Below are positions 1-11,400 of a stretch of 64,000 bases of DNA, piece by piece (the stretch's first letter is position 1; every line of letters begins with the position of its first letter). The stretch is taken from NCBI RefSeq assembly GCF_026571515.1, contig NW_026855774.1:124001-188000 (forward strand), in the 5' to 3' direction. The notes beneath the pieces are model-generated. The model made no database searches and was not told the DNA's origin. It saw only the letters and a program-made list of their open reading frames with translations. Source of the stretch: Ruditapes philippinarum (lineage: Eukaryota). The position numbers were made by a program, and so were the translations under genes.

Positions 1-1119
1 GACCACAGAGTCTAAAACACTAGTAAAAACATTTTTAAAAGAAATCCATGCAGTATTAAAATCAGTAGAGTAAAAACCGCACGTTTACAAATGTTTAGTA
101 TAAATTGTTGTTTGTCCTAACGAACTTTCTTCTTCACGTCTGTAAGAAGGCACTTTTGAAGAAAATACGAGTACTTAAACGATGATTAAGCGTAAAGAAC
201 AGTAAAATAATAGACGCATTTAATAATATACTCAGTATAGATCTTGTTGAAAATATAAAAATAAAGAAAATATTTACATGCCCTATAAGCTGTTGGTAGT
301 GCAAGGTGTGGGCAAATTGTATTCGCACGAAATTTCTTGCACTTATTTCAATCGGACAGAATTCACTTTCATTCCCCCTCCTTCAAGAGATACACGTTCT
401 AGAGCATATTGAATGAGTGTAAGTTCAATACTGAATTTATTGAGTAAGTTGAATAAAGTTATATTGTGGAGCCTCTGGCGGGCGTTATATTATTTTATAA
501 ATTTAGTATTGAAATTATTGACGCACCTATATTATACCGTTAGCATTATTAAGCGGTCTTTACACTATGTTTGTATAACGCAAATGACGTCAAATCAAAA
601 TATATGCACGTCCATGCAATACCGCGTGTATGTGATAAAGAGTCATATTTAATAAAATCAATTATACCGATCGGTCGACATTGAAATAAACTTAACATGT
701 ATTGCGTCAATGTTATATGCATAACGTTTTGGATAAAAATTGGTAAGTATCCAAGGTTCTTAACACAATTTATCTATAAAAAATACAGAAGGGCGACACA
801 AAGAAAAAATGCACGAAATACCCAAAAATACCCAAATATTCAAATATAACAATATTCATTTTGGTTTGTATACAATATAGATTATAATGAGAAAATGAAT
901 TAATATTTACCAAATAATATGACTTAGCCAGCTATAACTTTCATTCATTCGGTTGAAATTGGCTGTTCAACTTTGAGTTAAGAGTATATTAACTTATAGT
1001 ATATTTTTAAGGCGGGGGCTCATATTTCACTTTCTTTTTTGTTTTTTGACACATTTGAGATGAACACAGAGGGTTTTTTTATCAATGTGTCCCAGGTCCG
1101 ATACTCGATCGTGCCTGTG

Positions 1120-1303
1120 CCTGTACCCAGACAGCTGTGTCGCTAAGTATACAAAGAGTAAATTTTAATAGCCCATTTTTGGTTGGATGATACGTAGAGC
1201 GTCTGCAACAACCAATCAAATTCAATTTTACAAACGATTTGTTGAATTCCTGAACTTTCAGGAGAAGCAGACAGAAATTGTTTTCATTTTATTTTATTTC
1301 AAG
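1120..1303 (+). promoter_or_regulatory. Putative DYNC2H1 promoter / non-coding first exon region
   Basis: Locally CpG-richer; X-box-like GTCGCTAAGTATAC (1139-1152); CCAAT at ~1212; possible donor caag|gtagta at 1303/1304. The ATG exon begins at an acceptor, so an upstream UTR exon is expected. Its location is inference. Confidence 0.3.
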
Positions 1304-1781
1304 GTAGTAAGACGTGTGAAAACAATTAAAATACTTTTAGAATGAATTCAATGTTCAATATTTTCATAAGCCTTTTACTTTGCAGGGACAATCGTTTGTT
1401 GCGCCAACAAATTTGATTTTTTTGTTAGATATTGAAATCATATATACTAAGTGGGTGGGGTACTGATAAATGATTTATTGTTAAACCCATTGCCCTCTTT
1501 CCAGTATTTATTAACTTGCAGGTAGGACTTATTCTCTGTGTAGGTAGGTTACTCGTGTGCGTGATCCCCATTTACATAGAGACAGCTTGAACAGTGTGGC
1601 CCTTTGCTGACACAATTTGTGACAAACAGCACTTTTCAGGGTTAACCTCCATTATTGTCACTGATTACTGTATGTTTAAGTGCTCATTGACCCACTGTAC
1701 AGAAACCTTCTTTCAGCTCAACATAACTAGGGGATGGACCCTCATGAAGCAGTTGACTAAATATCCTCAAGGTATATCCTA

Positions 1782-2171
1782 CCGTGACCCAAATTCGGCG
1801 TTCTCCTAAATTCGGTGATGTTTTGTTTTTCGTCATTTAAGCGAGATTTCAGAGGTGAAGGTCAATCATGTTTATGTCCCACGGTCTAATTATACTACTC
1901 GAGTGATTTTATGCGCTAAAGATTGAGATACGGCTGGTAAACATGAAAAATTGTATATGACATGGAGAAAATTGTGTGTTTTACCTGATGCAATTTCAAG
2001 TTTATTTATACTTTACTCTATTTGATTGATATTGTTGCTTAAAGTAATTTGACAGTCGCTGTCTGTTATCTTACTATTTTTACTGCCGATCTAGGTCAAC
2101 ATACTACGTCATAATCCCGCCAAAATTAAAAATTTACTGCAAACAATCAGAAACGCCAAATTTAGGTGACG
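1782..2171. mobile_element. Degenerate ~390-bp MITE-like element
   Basis: Imperfect ~21-bp terminal inverted repeats cgtgacccaaattcggcgtt / aacgccaaatttaggtgacg; TA on left side only. Confidence 0.4.
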
Positions 2172-2360
2172 TTTTCAGATCGTAGTAAGATTTTACATCA
2201 GCCATATTTGTTTATATTTGGCAACCGCTGAACGATTACAATGTTAGAAATCAACTTTAAGTAACTTTAAAATAGTTGCAGTAAAATTATATCAAGTATA
2301 ATTATAGATTACTTACAGTAGTTAATTGAAAATGCCATTGACATTTGTTCTTATATCGTC

Positions 2361-2551
2361 TTGGATTCTTTCATTTGAGGAAGCTATCCAGCTAGCTTAC
2401 GGAACGTCGGTGGTTCTACTCGGGTGCCCGTTCGTGCCTGAAATAATGCACGGAAGGGCACCTGAGGCCTTCCTCCACCAGCAAAGCTGGAACGTCGCGA
2501 TATGACCTTTATTGTGTCGATGTGACGTAAAACCCAAAACAAACAAACAAA
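2361..2551 (+). mobile_element. 5'-truncated copy of the tRNA-derived SINE
   Basis: Near-identical to 31038-31230; lacks the tRNA head; (CAAA)n tail. Confidence 0.9.
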
Positions 2552-3082
2552 TTTATTTTTTCTGTGACTGCTAGTAAAAGCAACACACAATGATGCTAAT
2601 ATTTTTAAAACTGGCACACTCAATTCATTTTCATCTGCCAATAAATTCAATTTTGTAAGTAATGAATGTATTTGTGACAAGAAAAATATTTGATAAAATC
2701 TTCATATTTTACTACTTTTTTCCTTAAATGTTTTTACACAGTCAATAAAAATATGTTATAATCACATATACTGACATATCATCTGCTCATATAGTTTGAA
2801 TTTTATAGCAAGTTAACTGTCGGAAGTTTTTCATAACATAACTTGAAGATTTTGACCCATTTATCCTTCCATACTTGTATTTTTGGGGACTGCCGTGATA
2901 CCATAATAACCTCCTCAGAAATTACTCAAAATGGCCAACATTGGAAATAGTTCTGGAAATGGTTCACTTATTAGACAGAAGAAAAATCTCATTCATGTAT
3001 GATATTTATTTTAAGTATGGTGATATCATAGAACCCCGGGCTACTTAACCTTTTCCCTCATATAGACGTGTTTGACGGCTTT

Positions 3083-3084
<2 letters not shown>

Positions 3085-3121
<37 letters not shown>
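3085..3121. repeat. 37-nt poly-C tract
   Basis: Direct observation. Confidence 0.95.
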
Positions 3122-3122
<1 letters not shown>

Positions 3123-3587
3123 CTTTTGAGTCCACGAAAAGTGAAAAAAGTCCTATTTAGAAACACTGTTTTTCGTTTGAGAAATGTAAGAAAGTGACCA
3201 CTTTTTTTGCACCTCCCCCCAACAAAATTGTACATGGGGGGATGCCAGAAGGGGGATGTGCCCCCTTCTGTTTGGGGGGTTTGAAGCGGGCGGTAGTCCC
3301 CCTCATCGGCAAGAAAAGTTTGGTCATGAGACAAGCTAAAAAAGCCTCAGGTCAACCTTAGGGTAACTAGGAACTGACACTGAAAAGCCTTTTACTCTTA
3401 TCTCTATTCATTGAGAAGTTGCAGCACTTTGAAATCAGTTTTGATTGAAAAAAACAATGCAAAGTACCTACCAGTATTAACCTTTTACCCCATGAGCATA
3501 TTGTGAAAAATGGCTGTTTTCATTGAAAAGCCTCCTGTTACAAGTTCAAACTGCTATGAAACTATGAAAAATGCTTCAATACTTTTG

Positions 3588-5594
3588 TATCGATAAATCG
3601 GTAATGAATTATCGGCGATACAGCGATATATCGATTGCCAGGCTAAATTTTAGCTTTCAAGTGTTTTTAAATGTTTCCTAAGGACTCTGACAAAGCAGTT
3701 ATATTTAGACAAATGCAAAAATGATTAACTATGAAAACTGAACAATTTGTTTTTTTTTTATCATATACAGTCGGCATCGTACTTGCGTCCACCTTTATTA
3801 AGCGACTTTTTTATTAAGCGGCCGCATAAAATCCCTCCCGATGATTTTTACTATTTAATTTAATTCCATTAAACGACTATTTCATATCGCGGCCAGCGGC
3901 CACTGAATGTCGGCCCAAATGTACAAAATTAAGTGTTAAAGTATCTATTAAACGGCCGTGACAAACAATCGTCCCTGCGGGCATTCTCACCTGTGTAATT
4001 AGCGAGTAGGTTAGATGTGTACAAGCAAACAAACAAATATTTTTCATGGTCAATGGTCACAAATAATTGTCGTTTAAAAACGAAATGAATAACAATTGCA
4101 ATCGTTTCAAAATCGATTTTCCGATCGTAATATTTATTGTGACATATTTTGTCAGAGCAATAACGTATCACAACACCGCATTTGCATAGTTTTGTCATGT
4201 GCTCAGAGTGACCTCCCTTATCGAAAATGACGTCGGATCGAGCGAAAAAAAGACAGACAACTAATAAGACCGGATAAATTTTATGAGGAAATCGTGCATG
4301 AAATTGAGTCTGAGTAAATAGCAAATGTCATCGATTGTAGTCGAAATAAAATCGTGAAACGTAGTGGACTAAACATTACAGAACCGAGCCTTTCATTGCT
4401 GATGGTGTAGGTGCTCATCTGATGCCTTATAAAATACATGTAGTATCCCAATAAATATGACCCTTCGACAAAAAAAGACAAAAAATCCTAGATCTCTAAA
4501 AATCTTATTGAATTTGAAATCGGGGTAGTGTGAAAACTAATTATTAAAAATTAAGAAGTTTATTAAAAATTAAGAAGTTTAAAACTCATTGCATAAAAAA
4601 ATTATCTGGAGCTCTTGCTGATGATTGTAAAGTATGTTCAGCAGGAGATGTGTATGAACATATTAAAAATATAAGACAACATGCTTTGTTTCATGGTCAA
4701 AATGACCTGTTGACAGTATTATGAGCGTAGATCACATTTGTACACAAATTTCTACTAAAAAACAAAAACAAACAATATTGATGACTATTTTTTAAAAAAA
4801 GGCATATTAAATGTAATTTATAAAACTGTAATACATACATAATATTGTATATTTTTTGTTTTTATTAAAAAAGATGTTATTATATCTATGACTTGTAATA
4901 AAATGTCTCGAATGTTCCAGAATTCTATTGAGAGACCACTTTATTAAGAGACCACTTTTTGGCAGTCCCTTGAGTGGCCTCTTAATACAATGTCGACTGT
5001 AGCTATAAATAAAAACTAATGATTAGTAACTAGAAAGTTTAAAGCCTTTTCCATTTTACTTTAGTTGTTGTTGTTGCTATTACGTAGTTACTGATAATGC
5101 TAAATCCCGTCCTTGCCGTTCCAATTAAGCCAGGTTTAATTGGCAAATTATAGTGTTTAGAACCTGATTAATTATTAAAGTTGAACATTTTGTAGTCATA
5201 ATTTTTACCAAGAAACACTGACAAATTTTTCTTGGCATTTTCCCTTTTGAAATTTGAATTGAGGGGTCTTCACATTCACTTAGCAAGTGTGTGAGATTAC
5301 AACGAAATTAGGCAGCATTTGTTAGAGACACTGGGAGGTAACTTTGGCATTGATTTCCGTTTTCATTTAAAAAAAAAATTGTTTCTGGCTTCCATAACTT
5401 TATATGTCGCTTTTATTTTGACGTTTTGCAACAGTAAACATGTCTATCAGTTCTATAAAAACTGTTCGCTGAAGTCTCTTTAGCTAGAAATATATGTGCA
5501 TTTGATATCCGATATTTAAAAAATGGAATCGATATTGAATCGGATAACAAAGATCGTTGATACACCGATATCGATTGAATCGATGACACCCCTA
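3588..5594. mobile_element. hAT-like non-autonomous element remnant (left TIR not found)
   Basis: Right end ...atcgatgacaccccta (reverse complement TAGGGGTGTC); ATCG/CGAT-rich subterminal clusters at 3588-3640 and 5505-5585. Confidence 0.5.
3768..4999 (+). mobile_element. pogo/Tigger-like internal-deletion derivative
   Basis: TA|CAGTCG...CGACTG|TA with ~25-bp imperfect TIRs and subterminal ttattaag repeats; frameshifted C-terminal KQKQT-IDDYF remnant at ~4760-4795. Confidence 0.75.
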
Positions 5595-6235
5595 CTGCAA
5601 CTTCTCAATGCAATGAGATAGAGTAAAAGGCTTTTCAGCGTTGGCAACACCTCACCTTAAGATGGACCTGAGGCCATTTTTAGCCTGTCACATGTCCAAA
5701 ATTTTCTTGGCAATGAGGGGACTTACTGCCCCCCTTCAACCCCCCCAAACAGAAGGGGACACATCCTCCTTCTGGCAACCCCCTGATGTATCATTTTGAT
5801 GGGGGGACTCGCCCAAAAAGTGGTCACTTTTTTTAACAACACTTCTCAAAGGAAAAACAGTGTTTGGGGCCTAAATAGGGCATTTTTCACTGTTTGAGGC
5901 CTCAGAAAATCATTGATTATTACACAATATATCTTGAAAATGTGCTTGTTTCATGAAGTAATGACAAATGCTGGTTAGTCAAAATATGCAGACTGATGTT
6001 ATTGAAAAACATCATAATTTTATGCACACTAACAACTTAATTTATTATACTGAAATCCTGTAAAAATGGGCATACAGAACTTCATTTTTGGCCTGGTATA
6101 TCAATGTATCCTCAATATTTGTCATTCATCTAGGTTATATTGTCAAGAAAATGACGGCTTTACTGTTTTTCTAAAATGACTGTTATATAGTTAGTTATGA
6201 TTTTTCATCTTTCTATCCCCATATGTATGAAACTT

Positions 6236-8163
6236 TTTTTAGCTCAACTATTCAATAAGAATAAGTAGAGCTATCCAAGTCACCTGAGTGTCAGCATAAC
6301 CACTTATGTTGAAGTTTGTTTACCACCTCAAATATTTTCAAAGTCCATTGACATATGGCTTTGAAACTTTGTAACCTTGTTAACCGAATCACCTTGTAGA
6401 CAGGAGGAGGTACCTCTATCAAGCATTTTTACATAATGCCCCTTTTTAGCTCAGGGTGAGCTTTTAGGATCGTTGAATGTCCGTCATCTGTCGTCCATCC
6501 ACATTTGATTGTTAACACTGTAGCGGTCACATTTTTGCCTCAATCATCATCAAACTTGGTCAGGATGCTTATCTAGTTGATAGCTCGGATGAGTTCAAAC
6601 ATAAGTCATCTTGGATGAAAAACTAGGTCACAGGAGCTAAAAATAGAAAAACCTTGTTACCACTCTAGCAGTCACATTTTTGCCTCAATCATCATCAAAC
6701 TTGGTCAGGATGCTTGTCTAGGTGATAGCTTCGATAAGTTTCGAACATGGGTCATCTTGGATGTAAAACTAGGTCACAGGAGCTTAAAATAGAAAAACCT
6801 TGTGAACACTCTAGTGGTCACATTTTTGCCTCAATCATAATCAAACTTAGTCAGGATGCTTATCTGCTTGATCATAAGCTCGGATGAGTTTGAACATGGG
6901 TCATCTCGGATGTAACACTAGGTCACCAGAGCTAAAAATAGAAAAACCTTGTTAACACTTTAGCGGTCACATTTTTGCCTCAATCATCATCAAAATTGGT
7001 CAGGATGCTTGTCTAGGTGATAGATCTAATGAGTTTGAACATGGGTCATCTCGGATGAAAAACTAGCTCACAGGAGCTAAAAATAGAAAAATCTTGTTAA
7101 CACTCTAGCGGTCACATTATTGACGCAAGTGTCATCAAACTTGGTCAGGATGCTTATCTGCTTGATAGCTCTGATGAGTTTGAACATGGGTCATCTCGGA
7201 TGTAAAACTTGGTCACAGGAGCTAAAAATAGAAAAATCTTGTTAACACTCTAGTGGTCAAATTTTTGACTCAATTGAAAAACTAGGTTTCACTGTCCAAA
7301 TATGGAAAAACCTTGTTAACACTGTATTCGTCACATTTTTGACTCAATTATCATCAAACTTGACCAGGATGCTTGGCTAGGTAATTGCTTAGATGAGTTC
7401 GAACATGGGTAATCTTGGATGAAAACTAGGTCACGAGAACTAAAAATAGAAAAATATTGTTAACACTTAAGTGGCTACTGTTTTGTTTCAAATATCCTGA
7501 AAATTGGTCTGAAAGTTTGTTTTGATGATTTTAAGGTCAAGTTCGAATATGTGCCACTTGTGGTCAATAATGAGGTCACACTGTTCAAATATGGATAATA
7601 TTTGTTAACACTCTAGTGGTCACATTTTTGACTCACCTGTCATAAAACTTGGTCAAAATGCTTGTCTAGGTAATATTTCGAATGAGTTCGATGCGTCAGG
7701 TGAGCGATCAAGGGCCATCATGGCCCTCTTGTTTTACTTAGAATTTACGTTAAAGTTTGCAAACCAATTCAAATATTTTCAAAGTCCATTGACATATGTT
7801 TTTGAAACTTTGCACATTTGTTCACCATCATGCCCCCAACCTATAGACAGGAGGAGGTTACTCAGTTAAGTATCTTGACAGAATTATGCCCCTTTTTTAC
7901 TTAGAATTTATGTTAAAGTTTGCGTACCACCACAAATATTTTCATATTCGGGCGGAATAATTGACATCTGGCTTTGAAACAATTGGAAATTTTATACACT
8001 TCCTTGAGAGCATAATCGGACTCTATTCAAGGCATATAACTGTAAGATGGATTTGAAAACAAATTTTGGTCCTTTTGTGAACTTAAAATTTTTTACATTA
8101 TCAAGGCTCATTATCCAGCACTAAGAATAGTCAAGCGTGCTGTCCCACTGACAGCTTTTGTTC
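6236..8163 (+). mobile_element. HINE-like element family A (164-bp core repeat), interrupted by a family B element
   Basis: 5' ttttagctcaactattc..., 3' gaatagtcaagc plus gctgtc..gacagc hairpin plus ttgtt; same family as 10972-11604. Confidence 0.8.
6446..7733 (+). mobile_element. HINE-like element family B with ~145-bp tandem array, inserted in a T-run of family A
   Basis: 5' ttagctc..gtgagc, microsatellite-like gtcc/gtcg tract, 145-bp units, 3' caggtgagc plus gggccatcatggccc palindrome plus tcttgtt. Confidence 0.85.
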
Positions 8164-8218
8164 TTGTCATAATGTACAATTTGTTTTTGTTTATTTCAGA
8201 TGAAAATCTAATTGTAAG

Positions 8219-8416
8219 ATGTCAGGAGATTCAAGGAAAGATTTTGTATTGGCAACAACAGCCAATCATTTTGGTGTGCAGGTTAATGATGCCTCATTAA
8301 AGAACCTACCTGACTCCCCAGCTCTCAACAGCTTCCTTGATGATGGAAATGCTAGTGTTCTTTCTGGGAGACTTGATCCAAAAAGTAGAATTAAACTCTT
8401 GATGTTCTCTAATAAG
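8219..8416 (+). CDS. DYNC2H1: DYNC2H1 coding exon 1 (start codon; exon acceptor at 8199/8200)
   Basis: [13 protein letters not shown]...FLDDGNAS...FSNK; donor aag|gtattt. Confidence 0.93.
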
Positions 8417-11400
8417 GTATTTCACTAGATTTTTATCCATATTATATTGATGAATTTTAATGACCAGGTAGTTGGGTATACACAGTATTCTCCCTGTGTT
8501 ATCACTATAAGGATTCAGAGATCTGCCGAGGACTATTTTTTGGGGCCTTGGCGCTAAAAAAATGAGAATGGCGCAGGAAAATTGGCAGCAAAGGGCCATG
8601 GGCGCATCTAAAATCTGTGCCAGACTTATAAGAAAACAAAACTGTCTGCTGGGTTATTTAGTCATCCAGTCAAAACTGGTACCAACAGCAACATGTTACC
8701 CATGCTCCTGTAATTACGCATATTCTTGAGTTTATCCATTCCCCTATAGCTTTTGTCCATGTTATCTACTTACCGCATTTCTTCTCATAATCCCTTTCCC
8801 ACACAGATACTCATTTCTACTACCATAAATTTAATCCAATAAAACAAACAAACAAATTATACAACTACTTAATATTTAAAATGATTATCGGTAACTGAAA
8901 AAAAAGTGTTGCTATTTTAAGAAATGCTGTAAGTTACAGTATAATCTGACAGGTGTTCAACTTGATCAACCCTAAGGTCACTCAAGTTCACGCAAGTTTT
9001 GGCTGATGAAGTGTAAAAAAAGATGTATATTTCGTCATCAGAATATTTGACAGGTTGATTAACCAATCAGAGATTGAGAAACATTGTGCATGATTTTTTT
9101 CATGATCAAAAGGTCTGTCGGCAAATGTCTTTGATGTATGCTGTCTACACAGAGGCATACAAGGGGCAATAAAATTCGTCAATATACAGTGGTAAGGGAC
9201 ATTTGGTGCAAAGTAGGAACAATTAAATGGATAATGCACAATATAAGACATTACAAGTAAGAACCAGCAATTATGTGAATAAATTTGCATATCAAATTTT
9301 TGAGCAGCCATTTAAAAAATATTTTGCCTGCAATTAATATTAGTTAGAAAGTTGCCATGTAGGCATAATTTTTAATTATTGGTTAAGTACTGAATTATAA
9401 GTGAACCACTTGTCATAAAATATGATTTAAGTTTTATTACCAGGGAAATTCAATTATCTACAAACTTTTTAACAGTTATTTTGGTCAATGTTTACTTATT
9501 TTCCCAAGGCCCATACTTTGGTAAAAATGGCCCATCATTTTAAGACCAAGTGGGCCCAGGGCCCAGTACTTTCAAATTCTTGGCAGATCTCTGAAGGATT
9601 TCAGAATAATTATAATCAAATGCACTGATGCATAATTATAATTTTGTCTTTTGATCATTTTAGGCAGAACTTTGGAGCTTTGGTTTTTTTTTTGTTAGAT
9701 GTAATAATGGCAGAATATTATTTTTTATTTTTTTTACAATATCCTTCACTTGCTAGCCTTTTTTTATTACTTAATACATGAAATATTATGCTAAGTTTAA
9801 TACATTGATATATCAATTTTTTTTTTACAGTTTTTGATAAATCAAAATACTTGTCAAACCAACCTGCCTTTAATGTTATGTTATGGTTGATTTAGTTACA
9901 ATTTTCATTTGTAATTCAGGTATATATATATTAGATCTTACTAATAAACGTTATATAGATTTAGCCAATTTTTCACAATGTTTTTCTTTTGAAGATTGAA
10001 CCAGGAGACAGTAAGGATAGAGTGATTGTGTTTTTCAAAATACGGCCAGATGTGATCACACCAGACAATGTTCTTTCTAATATTGTTGTATCAACTATGG
10101 TGGATTCCCCACTTAATACCCTGTATCATGTTATGCAAAAGGTTATTGCTTACACTTATTTAGTTTTTAAGAAAATGTATTGTTAAGACAAACAGTAGCT
10201 TGGCCTTTGATAATTTCAGTAATGATATAAAAATGGTTTGTCATTTATCATTTAGAAAGCACACTAGTAAATAGGTAGATCAACATCTTAGTATTGACTG
10301 TATACCCTGATGCAGGTTTTCTGCATACCTGATTCAAATTTTATTCCCTGGATGGCCATTTTTTATCACGATTTCAACCCAAGGACTCCCACAAAACTCG
10401 CAAACAAGTTAAGATTTTCCATTCCTTTACAGTAATTTGGTAACATTTGTATCAATTAAAATATGATTTTCTGTGTTATTTAAGCACTGTTTCTATTCAA
10501 AATACCAGATGTTAAGCTCTATCTTGAAGATGGCTGTCCTTTAAAAAGAATCCAAGTATTGAAAAGTTTGAACAATTAGATTTTAATATAGAGAGCACCT
10601 AAGACCTACAGTAGACTCCAAATATCTTAAAACATGGTGGTCCATTGACCTTTATTTCTATAGACAAGTTTTATAGAACTTTTCAAAATAATTGAAATTA
10701 AGGTTAACTTGATGAAATGGGAATGTCTTGTTAGCTTGATCACAAGGAGTTCTAAATGTCTTAAAGATCCTGTAACATAATTTTTTTTATGGTTTAATAT
10801 CATAAATTTTATGGTCAAATGAAGATTTATCAATATTGTAAGTTCCAAAATGCATTATTTGTAAAGATTTTACTGAATTGACATTTCATTTTATATAGGG
10901 AGGTAATTAGAAATTTATTTTCTGTAAAGTCTAAGTCAAATTTTTCAGTAAGAAATGATGAATGCATATATTTTTAGCTTGACTATTCGATAAGAATAAG
11001 TAGAGCTATTGTAGTCACCCGAGCGTCGTCGGCGTAACCACTTATGTTAAAGTTTTTGTAATACCTCAAATATTTTCAAAGTCCATTGACATATGGCTTT
11101 GAAACTTTGCACACTTGTTAACCATCATGACCCCAACCTGTAGACAGGAGGAGGTAACTGTATCAAGCATTTTGACAGAATTATGCCCCTTTTTCGACTT
11201 AGAATTTTCGTTAAAGTTTTTGTAATACCTCAAATATTTTCAAAGTCCATTGACATATGGCTTTGAAACTTTGCACACTTGTTCACCATCATGACCCCAA
11301 CCTGTAGACAGGAGGAGGTAACTGTATCAAGCATTTTGATAGAATTATGCCCCTTTTATGACTTAGAATTTACATTTAAGTTTGCATACCACCTCAGATA

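Larger units (their letters stand above)
3122..5909. mobile_element. Foldback structure: ~300-bp diverged inverted arms (about 3122-3425 and 5595-5909) enclosing nested DNA elements
   Basis: For example aaagtgaccactttt / aaaagtggtcacttt, ctgaaaagccttttactct / agagtaaaaggcttttcag and ttgagaagttgcag / ctgcaacttctcaa. Confidence 0.8.

Noticed and set aside
1-760. Divergent upstream gene or short ORFs 134-328 and 413-652
   Set aside because: Low-complexity AT-rich ORFs with no recognisable protein or clear splice structure.
3041-3334. Minus-strand poly-Gly ORF
   Set aside because: Poly-Gly comes from the poly-C tract; the rest is repeat arm.
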